A stretch of DNA of 64,000 nucleotides from the human T2T-CHM13v2.0 reference genome, Homo sapiens (GCF_009914755.1 NC_060932.1); one strand, 5' to 3'; shown: positions 1 to 14,420, counted from the stretch's first letter. Program-made: numbers and translations. The notes: generated from the letters alone by a model not told the origin.

Positions 1-210
1 AATGTGAAGAAGTACCAATTAGCCAAAAAAGAAATTCGAGTTGTCATTTTTGAACAGATTAGTTTCAGAAAAAACAGGCATGCTTTTGAAAAGCCAGCAA
101 TGCAAGACAAAGGCAAGAAAAGGAGAAACTGGATGCTCCTATCCATATCACCCGTGAAGTTTCTCAGTGTAAGTAGCATGAAACGAACATCAGAAAGAAT
201 GTTTTTTCAA

Positions 211-293
211 GGCCAGGTGCAGTGCCTCATGCCTGTAATCCCAGCACTTTGGGAGGCCAAGGCAGGCAGATCGCCTGAGGTCAGGAGTTCAAG
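211..293 (+). mobile_element. Alu left-arm 5' fragment (3'-truncated)
   Basis: ggccaggtgcagtgcctcatgcctgtaatcccagcactttgggaggcc...tcaggagttcaaga, after which Alu similarity stops. Confidence 0.9.
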
Positions 294-1028
294 AAATAAT
301 ATTTTTTCTTAAAGTTCCCCATTCAAGGGGCTCATTTAGTATTAAGCAATTTAATTATTTTAAATGCAATTCTAAAATTATCTAACACTGAACCCAAATA
401 AGACTACTTGCAAAGGAATATGACAAATGATGAAATCACATTTTTCAGAAGGTGATTTAAGTTCCTGGAATTTTGTTCCAAAACTTTGCAGCCCAAAATT
501 TCAAAGGCTACCAGATGTGTATGTGCTATCTATCATCTGGCTACACAATGCAATAGAATTCACCAGGATTCATTATGTTAAAAATGATATAAAACAGGCA
601 GTAGCACATCACACCCATAAATTCAAAATGCATCATTCCTTTTCCTAGTAATTTCCCTCTTTGTCCATAACCTCTTCGTTATGCTCATAAAACTTGTTTG
701 CTCATGAATCATGATGTTCCTTCCCAAAAAATCAAAGTCTTCATGTTTCAATATATTCCATTCACATTGTCAGTTTGATGCAAATAGCAATCATATGTAA
801 AAACACAAAGGTTTGCAGAGGTAGAATATATCTGAATATATTCTATTTTTCCTTGAAAATGTACAAATAAACATATTTGATTTAATGAAGACATACAAAT
901 AACTTCTATTAAGGTGTTTCATTACAACAGTCATTTGTTAAGTGCTTTCTAAGAACTAGGTGCTGTAGCTAGATACCAGAAATATTGACAAACAAGTTAT
1001 CACCACACAAATTAAAACTATCTTCTAT

Positions 1029-1327
1029 GGTCACGCACAGTGACTCACACCTGTGATGCCAGCACTATGGGAGGCTGAGGTGGGAGGATTGCTTGAGGCC
1101 AGGAGCTTGAGACAAGCCTGGGCAACACAGTGAGACCCTGTCTCTACAAAAAAAATCTAAAAATTAGCCAGATATGGTGGCATAAGCCTGTAGTCCCAGC
1201 TACTTGGAGGCTGAGGTAGGAGGATTGCTTGAGCTCAGAAGTTCAAGCCTGCAGTGAACTATAATTGTGCCACTGAACTCCAGCCTGGGCAACAGAGTGA
1301 GACTGTCTGTCTCAAAAAAAAAAAAAA
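1029..1327 (+). mobile_element. AluJ-type SINE
   Basis: Dimeric Alu with ggaggattgcttgag (J diagnostic), A-rich linker, poly(A) tail and degenerate TSD atcttctat/atcttccat. Confidence 0.92.
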
Positions 1328-4300
1328 TCTTCCATATACAAAACCACCATCAACCACAAATTATAGTATAGTTGTAAAGTTTGCTTATAATCTACTGGAA
1401 CTATCAATCATATTTACCATGTTTACTAGAATATGAATTTATTTAGAATGGCCTAAATTTCCATAGCTAAACCTCAACATTATGAAAAGTGTGGAAGACA
1501 GCCAACTAGATGCAGCCAGGAAGCCCTTCTCCCACCAAGAGAAGCCAAAATACTGAAAAAGCCATCACACTTTAAACAGATCTTTTGAGGGAAAACACTG
1601 AGAGTTGCTAGAGGGGAAACACAGCCACTGAGGCTGAATAGGATGGAAGCTGGGAAGCCTGCACAGAGTCGCCAAGTGCCAAGACCCGTTCCTAGTCCTG
1701 ATCAGGTCCTAAAGAAGAGGTGAGTGAAGGAAACTGCAGGGCACCACACCCCCACAATGGACCTCTGGGATCCTAGCTGCAAGAGATCCCACGACCCCCA
1801 TAGACATTTTAATTGGTGGAGGATCTGCCGGAGAGAAGGCAGAGGCAGAGCATGAGCCTGCATGGAGCCCAGGTTTTACACACGGGGCAACTCCAGCAAA
1901 ATGTGACCATAGGTGCCCATGCCCCAAGGCTCTCCATCTTGCTCTGAGTCACTCCAGCCCCTGCTGACTGCTGGGCTGGGATAGAGCAGGGCTGCCTTTC
2001 CTACAGGACTGGGACCAATCTGATCTGCATGCTCCCTTGTCTCTGGACCCTCCCAAGGCACCCACCCAGCTGCTCCCATAAAAGCATGCACACTACACAG
2101 CCTCCACTACCCAGGGTGAGTGCTTTGCCAGCAGCCTGAGAGCACTACAGCCTCCCCAGCACAGCCAGTGCTAGACCCCAAAGGGCTAAAGGACAAAACC
2201 ACAGGCCCAATCCCACCCTCCCAGGGTCTAGGCACACAGCTGAAGGATATCAAGCTGAGATCTGTGACTAGAGATTGAGCAGAGGAGGAACTGCCAATCT
2301 CAGAACACTGAGAAGAGTGAAATGCAGATTTGTGTTCTGGCACAGGAGCTGGGTGTGCTTCCCCGCCACAGGGCTAGTATGGGAAGGGTGTGACCTTTCT
2401 GCTAGCCACAGCCTCTGCCTGAGGGAGCTCCATGGCCTGAAACACCTGACAGCCCAGCGATCTGGGTGCAGAAGGCTTGGGATAAAACCAGCAGATGGAG
2501 TAAGCTAGAGGGCAGCCACCAGGAGACCTAGTCAAAGGAGCACAGGCTGGGCAGTCCCTGCAGCCATCTGCTGGGCAAAAAACCCAAGCCGTGGGCACTA
2601 CACCAACTGCATAGCCAAAACAACTCCACCATGCCTGGGGTCCTCTGCCATTGACCTCCTACACAAACACACCACCCATAGACATATCACAAAGCACAGA
2701 GGACCAGTGGGCCCCTAGGGAGCTGCAAGTCTCGTGATAAGCTATCCTTTGGCTCGGGTTTCCCCTAAGAGTGAGGGTAGAACAGCCTGTCAGGGCCCCT
2801 TTGGGCCTAAGAAAATGTAGGTGTGTCAACAGTGATTGGAGGAGGGTCTTCCAAGGCCCAGGAATAGACTTGGCAAGGAAGTATATCTCTCACTTCCTGT
2901 CTCCCCCACCCCTAGAGCACTGTAGCAAATAAGAACAAGCTGAAATACAAAAGAAGTGCATAGCTGAGGAAGAGTCTGTCAGCCCTTACTCTTAAGCACC
3001 ATCTACTCAATTGCAGCCTGAAATACACCACCAAACAAAAATTCTTTCAGCACATATCACCCATGAAACACGATGCAAAAATCTAGCCACAAATTAAGTT
3101 CCCACACAGGGCCTTGATATTTAGAAAGCACACAGAAGCAAAGTCATTCAATGATATTCAACATACACCACAGTCAAAACCTCAAGGGAAATAACATAAA
3201 AACAAAAAGCCCCATACAACTGACAGCAACTTCAAAGAGATAAAGGAACACCAGCCCTCTCAAATGAGTAAGAATCAGTGCAAAAACTCAGGCAATTAAA
3301 AAAGTCAGAGCATCTTATTACTTCCAAATGACTGTACTGACTCCCCAGCAATGGATCCTAACCAGATTGAAATGGCTGAAATGACAGACATAAAATTCAG
3401 AATCTGGATGGCAAGGAAGCTCAATGAGATAAGGAGAAAGTTGAAACCTAATCCAAGGAAGCCAATAGAATGACTCAATAGTTGAAAGATAATGTAGACA
3501 TTTTAAGAAAGAACCAAATTGAACTTCTGGAATTGAAAAAATCACTACAGGAATTTCATAATACAGTTAGAAGCATTAACAACAGAACAGACCAAGCTGA
3601 GGCAAGAATCTCAGAGCTCAAAAACTGGTTCTTTGAATCAACCCAGTCAGACAAAAAGAGAGAAAAAAGAATTAAAAAGAAGGAATGAAATCTCTGAGAA
3701 ATATGGGATTACATAAGGAGACCAAACCTACAATTCATTGGCATTCCTGAGAGAAAATGAAGAAGAGTAAACAACTGGGAAAACATATCTGAGAATATAG
3801 TCCACAAAAATTTCCCCAATATTGCTAGAGACATCAGCATGCAAATTCAAGAAATTCAGAGAATCCCTGCAAGATATTACACAAGATGCCCCCAAGACAC
3901 ACAGTCATCAGATTCTGTGAGGTCAACATGAAAAAAAAACCTAAAAGGGTTAGATTTCTTACAAAGGGAGCCCCATAGGGCTAACAGCAGACTTCTCAGC
4001 AGAAACCTTGCAAGCCAGAAGAGATTTTGGACCTTTTCTCAAAATACTTAAAGAAAAGAAATTCCAACCAAGAATTTCATATCCAGCCAAACTAAACTTT
4101 ATAAGTGAAGGATAAATAAAATTCTTCCCAGACAAGCAAATGTTAAGAGAATTAGTTAACACTAGAACAGCCTTATAAGAGGACCTTAAGGGAGTTCTAA
4201 ACATGGAAACAAAAGAATGATGCCTACTATCACCAAGACATATTTAAGTACATACCCCATAGATAGACCCTATAAAGCAACTACACAGTCAAGCCTACCA

Positions 4301-5144
4301 AACAACAAGCTAAACAAGAAGATCAAAACATCACATATCAATATTAACCTTGAATGTAAATAGTCTAAATGGTCCATTAAAAAGGCACAGAGTGGCAAGT
4401 TGGATTTTTAAAAAGACCCAATCTTTTGCTGTCTTCAACAGACTCATCTCACATGTAATGACACTCAAAGGCTCAAAGTAAAAGGATGGAGAAAGATTTC
4501 TCATGTAATTGGAAAACAAAAAAGGGTAGGAGGTTGCTATTCTTACATAAGATAAAATGACTTTAAACCACCAATTATAAAAAAAGGACAAATAAGGGCA
4601 CTACATAATGATAATTAGTTCAATTCAACAAGAAGGCAAAGAAATTCTGAATTAAATTTGACACTTGACCAACCAGACTTGATAGATAGCTACAGAACAC
4701 TTTATCCAATAATAACAGAATATACTTTCTTCTCATCTGTACATGGAAGATGACCATGTACTTAGCCATAAAGCAAGTCTCAATAAATGCAAAAACATCA
4801 AAATCATACCAACCATACTCTCAGACACAGTGTAATAAAAATAAAAAATGAATACCAAGAATATCTCTCAAAATACGGAAATTGAACAACTTAATCCTGA
4901 ATGACTTTTGGGTAAACAACAAAATTAAAACAAATCAAAAAATTCTTTGAAATTCATTAAAATAGAAACACAACATACCAAAATCTCTAGAATGCAGCAA
5001 AAGCAATGTTAAGAGGAGAGTTTATAAAGCTAAAAGCCTACATGAAGTTAAGAAAGATCTCAAATTAACAATCTAAAGGAACTAAAAAAAAAAAAAACCT
5101 AAAATAAACTAACCCAAAAGTGAAGCAGAAGAAAAAATATAACT

Positions 5145-5452
5145 GACTGGGCACAGTGGCTCATGCCTGTAATACCAGCACTTTGGGAGGCTGAGGCAGG
5201 AGGACTTTTTAAGCCCAGGAGTTTGAGACCAGCCTAGGCAATGCAGCAAGACCCTGTATCTACAAAAAATGAAAATATTAGCTGGGTGTGCTGGCATGTG
5301 CCTGTAGTCTCAGCTACTCAGGAGCCTGAGGTGGAATGATTGTTTGAGCCCGGGAGGTCAAGGCTGCAGTAAGCCATGGTTGCACCATTACAATTTAGCC
5401 TGGGTGACAGAGTGAGACCCCATCTCTAATTTTTTAAAAAATCAATTTTTAT
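5145..5452 (+). mobile_element. AluJ-type SINE nested in L1 ORF2
   Basis: Complete Alu dimer interrupting L1 sequence, which resumes at taaccaaaatcagagcagaac. Confidence 0.9.
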
Positions 5453-5775
5453 AAGTAAAATAACCAAAATCAGAGCAGAACTACATGAAACTGAGACACA
5501 AGATCCATACAAAAGATCAATGAAACCAAAAGTTGGTCATTGGAAAGGATAAAGAGGATTGCTAGAACATTGGCTAGATTAACAAAGAAAAAAAGAGAGA
5601 TGTTTCAAATAAGCACAATCAGAAATGACAAAGATGATACTACAACAATTCCCACAGAAATACAAAAGACCAGAGAGTCTATTAAGAGGAAATGGACAAT
5701 TCCCATAAACACACAACCTCCCAAATTAAACCAGGAAGAAGCTGAAACCCTGAATAGATAAATAATGAGTTCTGA

Positions 5776-5984
5776 TACATGGGCACAGGGAGGGTAACAT
5801 CACACACCAGGGCCTGTCGCGGGGTGGGGAGCTAGGGGAGGGATAGCATTAGGAGAAATACCTAATGTAGATGACAGGTTGATGGGTGCAGAAACCACCA
5901 AGGCACATGTATACTTATGTAACAAACCTGCACGTTCTGCACATGTATCCCAGAACTTAAAGTATAATAATAACAATAATAATG
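5776..5984 (+). mobile_element. 5'-truncated L1PA (PA7/8-like) 3' end nested in the older L1
   Basis: L1PA 3'UTR (gggatagcattaggagaaatacctaatgtagatgac...cagaacttaaagtataata) with perfect 14-bp TSD ataatgagttctga at 5762-5775 and 5985-5998. Confidence 0.92.
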
Positions 5985-8900
5985 ATAATGAGTTCTGAAA
6001 TTGAATCTGTAATAAAAATCCTACCAATCAAAAAAGGCTTGGACTACATGGAGTCACAGCCAAATTTTACCTGACATACAAAGAAGAGCTTGTGCGAATT
6101 CTACTTTACCTATTCTAAAAAGTCAAGGAAGAAGGATCCTCCCTCGCTCATTCTATGAAGTGAATATCATCCTGATACTAAAATCTGGCAGAGACACAAC
6201 AAAAAAGGAAACCATGGGCCAGTATCCCTGATAAACATAAATCCCAAAATCCTCAACAAAATGCTAGCAAACTGAATCCAGCAGTACATCAGAAAGTTGA
6301 TTTACCATGACCAAGTAGGCTTTATTCCTGAGATACAAAGTTGTTTCAACATATGCAAATCAATACATGTCATTCACCACATAAACAGAATTTTAAAAAA
6401 TTATATGATCATCTCAATAGATGTGGAGAAAGCTTTCTATAAAATCCAACATTCCTTCATGATAAAAAAAAAACCTCAACAAACTAGGCGTCAAAGCAAC
6501 ATACCTCAAAATAATAAAAGCCATCAATTACAAACCCACAGCCAATATCATACTGAATGGGCAAAAGCTGGAAGCATTCCCCTTGAGAACCAAAACAAGA
6601 CAAGAATGTCCACTTTCACCATTCCTATTCAACATAGTACTGGAAGTCCTAGCCAGAGCAATCAGGTAAGAGAAGGAAATAAATGACATCCAAATAGAAG
6701 AAAAGTCAAACTATCTCTATTTGCTGATAATATGATTCTATACCATGAAAACCCTACACTCCACCAAAGCCTCCTAGAACTGATAAAGGATTTCAGTAAA
6801 TTTTCAGGATACAAAATCAATGTGTAAAAAATAGTAGCATTTCTGTACACCAATAATGTTCAAGCTGAGAGCCACATCAAATATGTAATCTCACTTACAA
6901 TAGCCACAAAAAGAAAAAATATCTAGAACTACATCTAACCAAGTAAGTGAAATATTGCTGCAAGGAGAACTCAAAACATTGTTGAAAGAAACCACAGATG
7001 ACACCAATAAATAAGAAAGCATTTCATGCTCATAAATTGGAAGAATCAATATTGTTCAAATGGCCATACTGCCCAAGGCAATTTACAAATTCAATGCTAT
7101 TCCTATCAAAACACCAATGTCATTTTTCACAGATTTAGAAAAAAAAAACCTATTCTAAAATTCATATGAAACAGAAAAAGAGCCTGAGTAGCCAAAGCAA
7201 TTCTAAGCAAAAAGAACAAAGCTGGAAGCATCACATTATCCAACATCAAACTATTCTACAAGGCTACACTAAACAAAACATGGTGCTAGTACAAAAACAG
7301 AAACATAGACAAACAGAACAGAATAGAGAACCCAGAAATAAAACTGCACCTCTACATCCATCTGATCTTCAACAAAGTCAACAAAACTAAGCAATGGAAA
7401 AGGATTCCCTATTCAATAAATGGTGCTGGGAGAACTGGCTATCCATATGCAGAAAGATGAAACGAGACCCCTATATATCACCATATACAAAAATCAACTC
7501 AGGATGGATTAAAGACTTAAATATAAGACCTCAAACTGTAAAAATTTTAGAAAACCTAAGAAATACCCTTCTCACCATCAGTCTTGGCAAAGAATTTATG
7601 GCTAAGTCCTCAAAGCAATTGCAATGAAAACAAAAATTGACAAGTGGGACCTAATTAAACTAAAGAGCTTCTGCACAGCAAGATAAACTATCAACAGAAT
7701 AAATAGACAACTTACAGTCTGGGAGAAAGTATCCACAAACTACACATCTGACAAAAGCCTAATATCCTGAATCTACAAGGAACTTAAACAAATCAACAAA
7801 CAAAACACAAATAACCTTATTAATAAGCAGGCGAACTACAAGAACAGACACTTCCCACAGGAAGGCACACAGGCAGCCAACAAACTTATGAAAAAATGTT
7901 CATTATCACAAATCATCAGATAAATGCAAATCAAAACCACAGTAATATGCCATCTAGCACCTGCCAGAATGGCTTTCATTAAAAAGTCAAAAAATAACAG
8001 GTCTTGTTGGGGCTGCAGAGAAAAGCTAATGCTTCCACACTGTTGGAAATGTAGATTAGTTTAGCCACTGCAGAGAGCAGTTTGAAGATTTCTCAAAGAA
8101 GTAAAAGTTGAGCTACCATCCAACACAGCAACCCCATTACTGGATACCCAAAGAAAAATAAATCCTTCTACCAAAAAGACCCATGTGTCTGTATGTTAAT
8201 TACAGCACCGTTAGCAATAGCAAAAACATAGAATCAACACAGGTTCCTATCAATGGTGGACTGGATAAAGAAAATGTACTACATACACACCTTGGAATAC
8301 TGTGCAGCCATAAAAAAGAATGGAATCATGTCCTTTGCAACAACTTGAATGCAGTTGAAGGCCATTATGCTAAGTGAACTAATGCAGGAACAACAACGAC
8401 AACAAACAAATTCTGTTTGTCTTTACAAACTTACAAATATTCTCATTGTAAGTGAGAGCTAAATATTGTAAGTCTACAGACCTACAAATATTCCCACTTG
8501 TAAGTGGGCACTAAATATTGGGTACATATGGACATAAAGATGGGAATATTAGACACTGGGGAATACATGATGGAGAGGTAGGGAGGGACATAAGTGTTGA
8601 AAAACTACCTATTTGTTACTATGCTCACTTCTTGGGTAGTGGTTCTGTCATATTCCAAACCTCAGCATCATGTAGTATACCTTTGTAACAAACCTGCACT
8701 TGTACCTCCAGAATGTGCAATAAAAGTTGAAAAAGAAACAGAAAAGTCTGGTTGGCTTTTAAATCTCTTTCATCAAGTCATTGTCTTGCTCAACATCTTC
8801 TAATGGGTCTCAAAGTTTATAAACTGAAAGCCCAAGTCATTAGTTTTGCCATTATTATGCAATCTTTTTCTATTTCTCCCCAAGGTAAAACCTTAATTCT

Positions 8901-9079
8901 CACAAATTTGCTCTACACACTTTCCTGAAACTAACCTTCGTTCTGAGCTTTTAATTATTCTTCCTTCAGCCTGGCAGGTTTCTCTCATCTTTGAATCTAT
9001 TCAATTATTCTAAAACTACTTATTAAGTGCTGGTAATCATTTCATTTTTCTACTGAGAGACGTAAAGAATCTCTAAAAT

Positions 9080-10690
9080 TATCTTGACAAATGGCTGTTT
9101 TCTAAAACTTGTTTAAATTGTAATAAAAGAAAGGGATTTTTATGAAATTGATTCTTGGCTATGAGTTGAGATTTTGTATCTTTGCATGTGATCAATCTTG
9201 ATAAGTGTTCCATAACTGCTTGAAAAGATAGTAAGGTTTAGCTTTGTATGTAGTAGATATCATCAGTGTTTTAAGCTATGTTTAGATATTGCTGCTAATT
9301 TTTGTTCCTAATCGTTCTGGGAAAGCAGTATTAAAATTTCTTGCTATAATTGGATTTCCGTAAATACATCCTTATAATTCTCTCAATCTTGTTTTATTCT
9401 TCATCAGCTATTTTGTTAGGTATATAAAGGTTCATGAATTTTAAATTCAGGTGAATTACATCTTTTATCATTAAGTATGATCTAATGATTTGTGATTACA
9501 CTATAATAGTCTTACATCATCCTTATCTTGATCAGTATAACTTGGTTGATATATTTGTTTACCTATCGACTTTCCACCTCTCAGTGTCATAATGTTTCAG
9601 ATACACCTCTTATAAATAGCATATAGCTGGATTTTAAAATTCAATATTATGTCTTCCAATAGACTACTGTTTTCATGAATGTATTTAAATTTATTTCTGA
9701 TGAGTTATTTTATATTTTCTCTTTCCCAAGCCTTTTCTCTGCCTTTTTAATCCATCCCTGCTTCCCTTTTGTGGATTGATCCAGTTTTCTTTATCCACTT
9801 TTTTTCTCCTCCTAGTCTGGAAGGATCTTTCTATTTGTTAATATTCCATCTTAATTGTTAATATGCACTCTTGACTTAACAGAATTCACAGTATCACTCT
9901 TCACCTCAAAAATGAGGCATGTAAAATAATTTAACTATGTTCTCTCTCCTTATAACTCTTCTATTAATATTGTCTAACGTTCTACTTTTTTCTTACTTTA
10001 AAGTTGTTCAGTCCTTAATAATCTAAGTGTATTCATATTTATCAACATGTTTAAAACTTTCTTTGTTCAACTTTGCTTTTTGCAAATCACATCTTTCTTA
10101 TTGGATCAAACTCCTACTTACTGAAACACAACCACTTGAAGCTCTTTCAGCAAATACTCCTGAATAAAGCTCTATTCTTTGCCTGAAAATGTTTTTATTT
10201 CACCTTGTCAGATAATTTACCTGGATGTAAAACTGAAGGAAATCAGTTATTTTTCCTTAACACTCTAAATATATTTCATTGTCGTCTGTCTGATGTAAAG
10301 TTTACCGCAAATATAACTGCTGTACATTTGAAGGTAATCTGCAGATTACTTGGGAATGAAAGATTTTGTCTCTGACTTTCAATGTTGTGATCACAGTGAA
10401 GAGTATAGATTTATTTTTTAAATCCTATTTTGGAAGCAATATAATTCTCATTCTGAAATTTTCTGATTTTTTTATTTCTGGATAATTCTATCATTACCTT
10501 TTCAAATGTTGCGTTTAGCTCATTCTTTCCTACCTGTCTTTCTGGAACTCCTACTGGATAGACACCAGACCTTTGCATTGTAGTCTCGATGTCTCTTAAC
10601 CACACTTAAATCTGGTTATTCCCACATACCTACTTTCTAATCCTCCATTTCTACCTCTGGTTGTGTCTAATCAGTTTTTAATCCACTCCT
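9080..10690 (-). mobile_element. Ancient L1M remnant (ORF1 and start of ORF2)
   Basis: T-rich strand. ORF 10411..10605 (RSGVYPVGVPE...FEKVMIE) resembles L1 ORF1p RSNIxxIGVPE. Boundaries approximate. Confidence 0.6.
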
Positions 10691-10714
10691 CTAAGGACCC
10701 TAAATCCAGGTCCT

Positions 10715-10890
10715 CTCCAGGGGAGTAGAAAAGGATAATGATAATGAAAGGAAACATGAGTAGCTTCTGAGTTGGGGTATTTTTTCTTAGCCTGGTTCAT
10801 GTTGAACAGATGTTTGTTTAAAATAATTTGCTATACCACACTTTATGCTCCATGCACTTTCAGGATATATATTATCTTTCTATAAAAAAT
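10715..10890 (+). mobile_element. L1M (ME/MC-type) 3' end fragment
   Basis: Degenerate L1M 3' terminus (...atgcactttcaggatatatattat...aaaaa). Confidence 0.4.
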
Positions 10891-11728
10891 ACTCAACAGT
10901 AAATAATCAGTAAGTTAATAGTTACTCATGTTAAACATTTCTTGTCATAAACTCTTCTCTTTCATCTTTAATTTTTTGGTATAAAATGATTAACATTTTG
11001 ACAGACATTTTTACCCATACTTTTCTTTATTCTATTCTTTCTTTTTAGATTTCTTTGTTTTCCTTTCAAATACATCTTAGCTTCTTTAGTCACTATATTT
11101 GAAACTTTTATGTCATAAGTTAAAACAGGCAATGTGATTTTTTCACTTGTTTCTTTCTAAATACTAGTGAGTATCTTTGTAACCTTGAACACACCATTTT
11201 AAAATTTAAATTGTAAGAAAGCAGAAAAAGCAGTTTTAAGACATTACAAGCAGCGATTTCTGTTTATCAAGTGCACTTGAGCAATCTAAAGAAGGAAATA
11301 AATTGAACACTTCTATCAATTGAAGTCTTTCTCGTGGGCTAGTTTCCAGATTTAATAGTATTCATAATTGCCTTCTATACAAGCTATTTTTAACCTACAC
11401 TTACTAGACTTTTTACAAGAATTTAAAACACATGGCTGAGTTTCTGGCTACAATTATAAATCCAAATTATACACAAAAAGCAAAAAAGTTGTATAATATA
11501 TTTTAGAATGTTTTATACAAACAAGCAAAAAAAATCAGAGTTGATTATACACGTGACAAAAGAAAGTCAGTGAAAGTCTGTGCAAGAATGGAAGGGACAC
11601 ATGAAAACCATGGTAATTATCATTACCATAACTAATGATAATATAATTGTCCAAGTGCTATCGTTGAATTGTATTAGGTATATAGTGCACTTAATGTTTC
11701 TATTTTATGTTAACTACCAGTTCAGTTT

Positions 11729-12416
11729 TAAAACAGATATACAAACCAATGGAACAGAACAGAGGCCTCGGAAATAGTGCCATACATCTACAAATATCTG
11801 ATCTTTGACAAACCTGACAAAAACAAGAAATGGGAAAAGGATTCTCTATTTAATAAATGGTATTGGGAAAACTGGCTAGCCATATTCAGAAAACTGAAAC
11901 TGGACCCCTTCCTTACACCTTATACAAAAATTAACTCGAGATGGATTGAAGACTTCAATGTAAGACCTAAAACCATAAAAACCCTAGAAGAAAAGCTAGG
12001 TAATACCATTCAGGACATAGGCACGGGCAAAGGCTTCATGACGAAAACATGAAAAGCAATGGCAACAAAAGCCAAAATTGACAAATGGGATCTAGTTAAA
12101 CTAAAGAGCTTCTGCACAGCAAAAAAAAAAACTGTCATCAGAGTGAACAGGCAACCTACAGAATGGGAGAAGATTTTTGCAATCTATCCGTCTGACAAAG
12201 GGCTAATATCCAGAATCTACAAGGAACTTAAACAAATTTACAAAAAAAAAAAAAAAGCATCAAAAAGTGAGCAAAGGATATGAACAGACACTTCTCAAAA
12301 GAAGACATTTATGCAGCCAACAAACATGAAAAAAAGCTCTTCATCACTGGTCATTAGAGAAAAGCAAATCAAAACTACAACGAGATACCATCTCACGCCA
12401 GTTAGAATGGTGATCA
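11729..12416 (+). mobile_element. Internal L1PA ORF2 3' fragment, truncated at both ends
   Basis: ORFs 11777 and 12059 give [22 protein letters not shown] and [22 protein letters not shown] (L1 ORF2p). No 3'UTR or poly(A). Confidence 0.92.
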
Positions 12417-12728
12417 CATTTAACTTTTTTAACATTTGTTATTACTATTTAATTTTATGCTCACAGGTTTTTGGACTCATTGGTTTTATGTTTTATCAAA
12501 CAGTACCATGGGCATAAAATAAATGACTAGCCATTTAAATAATTTTGCATGTCATTTTTGCCAGTTTGCTTAAATAATCCTATACTGATTTACCATAGGA
12601 AAGTTGCAATGTCAAATACGAACTATCAGTTTAAATCTGAAACAACTTAGATGTGGCTACATCAAATTATATTCAGCTTTAAAACAAACTAGTTTGTTAT
12701 TAATCCCAACATTTCCTTCTAGAAATAA

Positions 12729-13090
<362 letters not shown>

Positions 13091-13287
13091 GGAAATGTGT
13101 AAGTTTTAAGAAAAAGGCCTTAACATAGCTTGAGTAAGTCAACAGATAAAAGTTAAAAGGCATTTTATCTTTAAGAAACTCTGAAAATTTTAGTAATTTC
13201 TTCTCTAGATAAAGGAGTTAAATTGAGTTAAAAAGATTGCTGGAATCAGAAGGAGAATCACAACCCATGTCCATGCTCAGTATTTAC

Positions 13288-13405
13288 TTGTTGTGTATCC
13301 AAATAATCTCAGGTTTGGGGTTTCCTTCCGCCCGGCAGGTGAAGTAGACGGTATTTCCTGATGGTACCTCCACATCCTGCGGCTCAAAAGTAATTCGGGG
13401 GCTCT
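13288..13405 (-). CDS. PXDNL: PXDNL first Ig-like domain exon (likely exon 8), 118 nt
   Basis: tgcag|AG AGC CCC CGA...CAC AAC AA|gtaaat = (Q)[38 protein letters not shown](N). I-set Ig motif C-x-A-x-G-x-P-x-P...W; the phase-1 join to the previous exon is in frame. Confidence 0.95.
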
Positions 13406-14373
13406 CTGCAACAAAAGAATTATTGATGTATTTTTCAGAGATACAAAATTATGGCCTTCCAAGATGCTGAGAAAGAGATATAGGCAATTTAAATTTATTT
13501 CTACATTAAAGTTTTACACATCGAACTGCATTTACCCGGTAATACATGTACCAGGTTAGAGATTAGACATATATTTGACTTATACTTTAGAAGTTTGAAA
13601 AATTCACTGCACAAAGGGATCTCCAATGAAGTAAATTAAGTAAATTTTCCTGTGCTTTTATTTCTAGGAGCTCAATACAACCATATTTATGGAAGGAGTT
13701 TGATTTTATGGGTCAATTTTTCAAACCAAGTACTTAAACTGAGCTTGCAGTTTTGCAGGCACTCTTCCTAGACAATTAGCTATCTAAGCACCCAACCACC
13801 CACTTTACACAATTTACAACAAGTGATATGTCTAGACCTCAAAACTGGTTGAGCAAAATTCTTATCTATATAAATGAATGATTCCATCTTCCAATAATAA
13901 TTGAGTGGTAAAACATGAAAACACTTAAATTATTTCAATAAGAAGATGGAGTGATTGATTTTGTAATGAATCAGGTAGTATTATTGAACTTAAATTATAA
14001 AGAACAATGTACAAAAGGGACTTTTAGTTTTCTATAGTTTCACCTAATTCTCTTTAAACCTTTCTAAATAATAAAACTCTTCCTTTTATAAGTGCCTTAT
14101 CTGAAATTTCCTGTCATTAACCATGACTATTATGTCTGTAGAACATTCCGTAGATCTTTAGTAATCTTGCTTACTTCATTAAAACTCCATATAATTAATA
14201 TCTTGGCTTTATTCTTTTTAGATAAATGATTTTATTCATTTGTGTAATTTAAAAAAAAATTCAACGTCAGTTATGTGCCAGACAAGGCGCTAGGACTAGT
14301 GATGAAGCAGTGTTCAAAATAGACAAGGTCTCTGTACCAAGGGGTTTACAGTTTCATTGAAGCAGTAGAAAAT

Positions 14374-14375
<2 letters not shown>

Positions 14376-14417
<42 letters not shown>
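14376..14417. repeat. (AC)~21 microsatellite
   Basis: Perfect dinucleotide run. Confidence 0.97.

Positions 14418-14420
<3 letters not shown>

Larger units (their letters stand above)
1495..8740 (+). mobile_element. Essentially full-length old primate L1 (L1PA15-17-like), decayed, with nested insertions
   Basis: GC-rich 5'UTR, ORF1 remnants (ORF 3482..3688 coiled coil), ORF2 remnants ([10 protein letters not shown] at 6297; [13 protein letters not shown] at 7394) and a 3' end aaaactacctat...aataaaagttgaaa. Candidate TSD gaaaagtgtgg (1484-1494) / gaaaagtctgg (8741-8751). Confidence 0.9.

Noticed and set aside
14376-14417. (UG)21 in intron 7 as a TDP-43 cryptic-exon site
   Set aside because: No convincing adjacent donor/acceptor pair found, unlike the 42.8-kb site.
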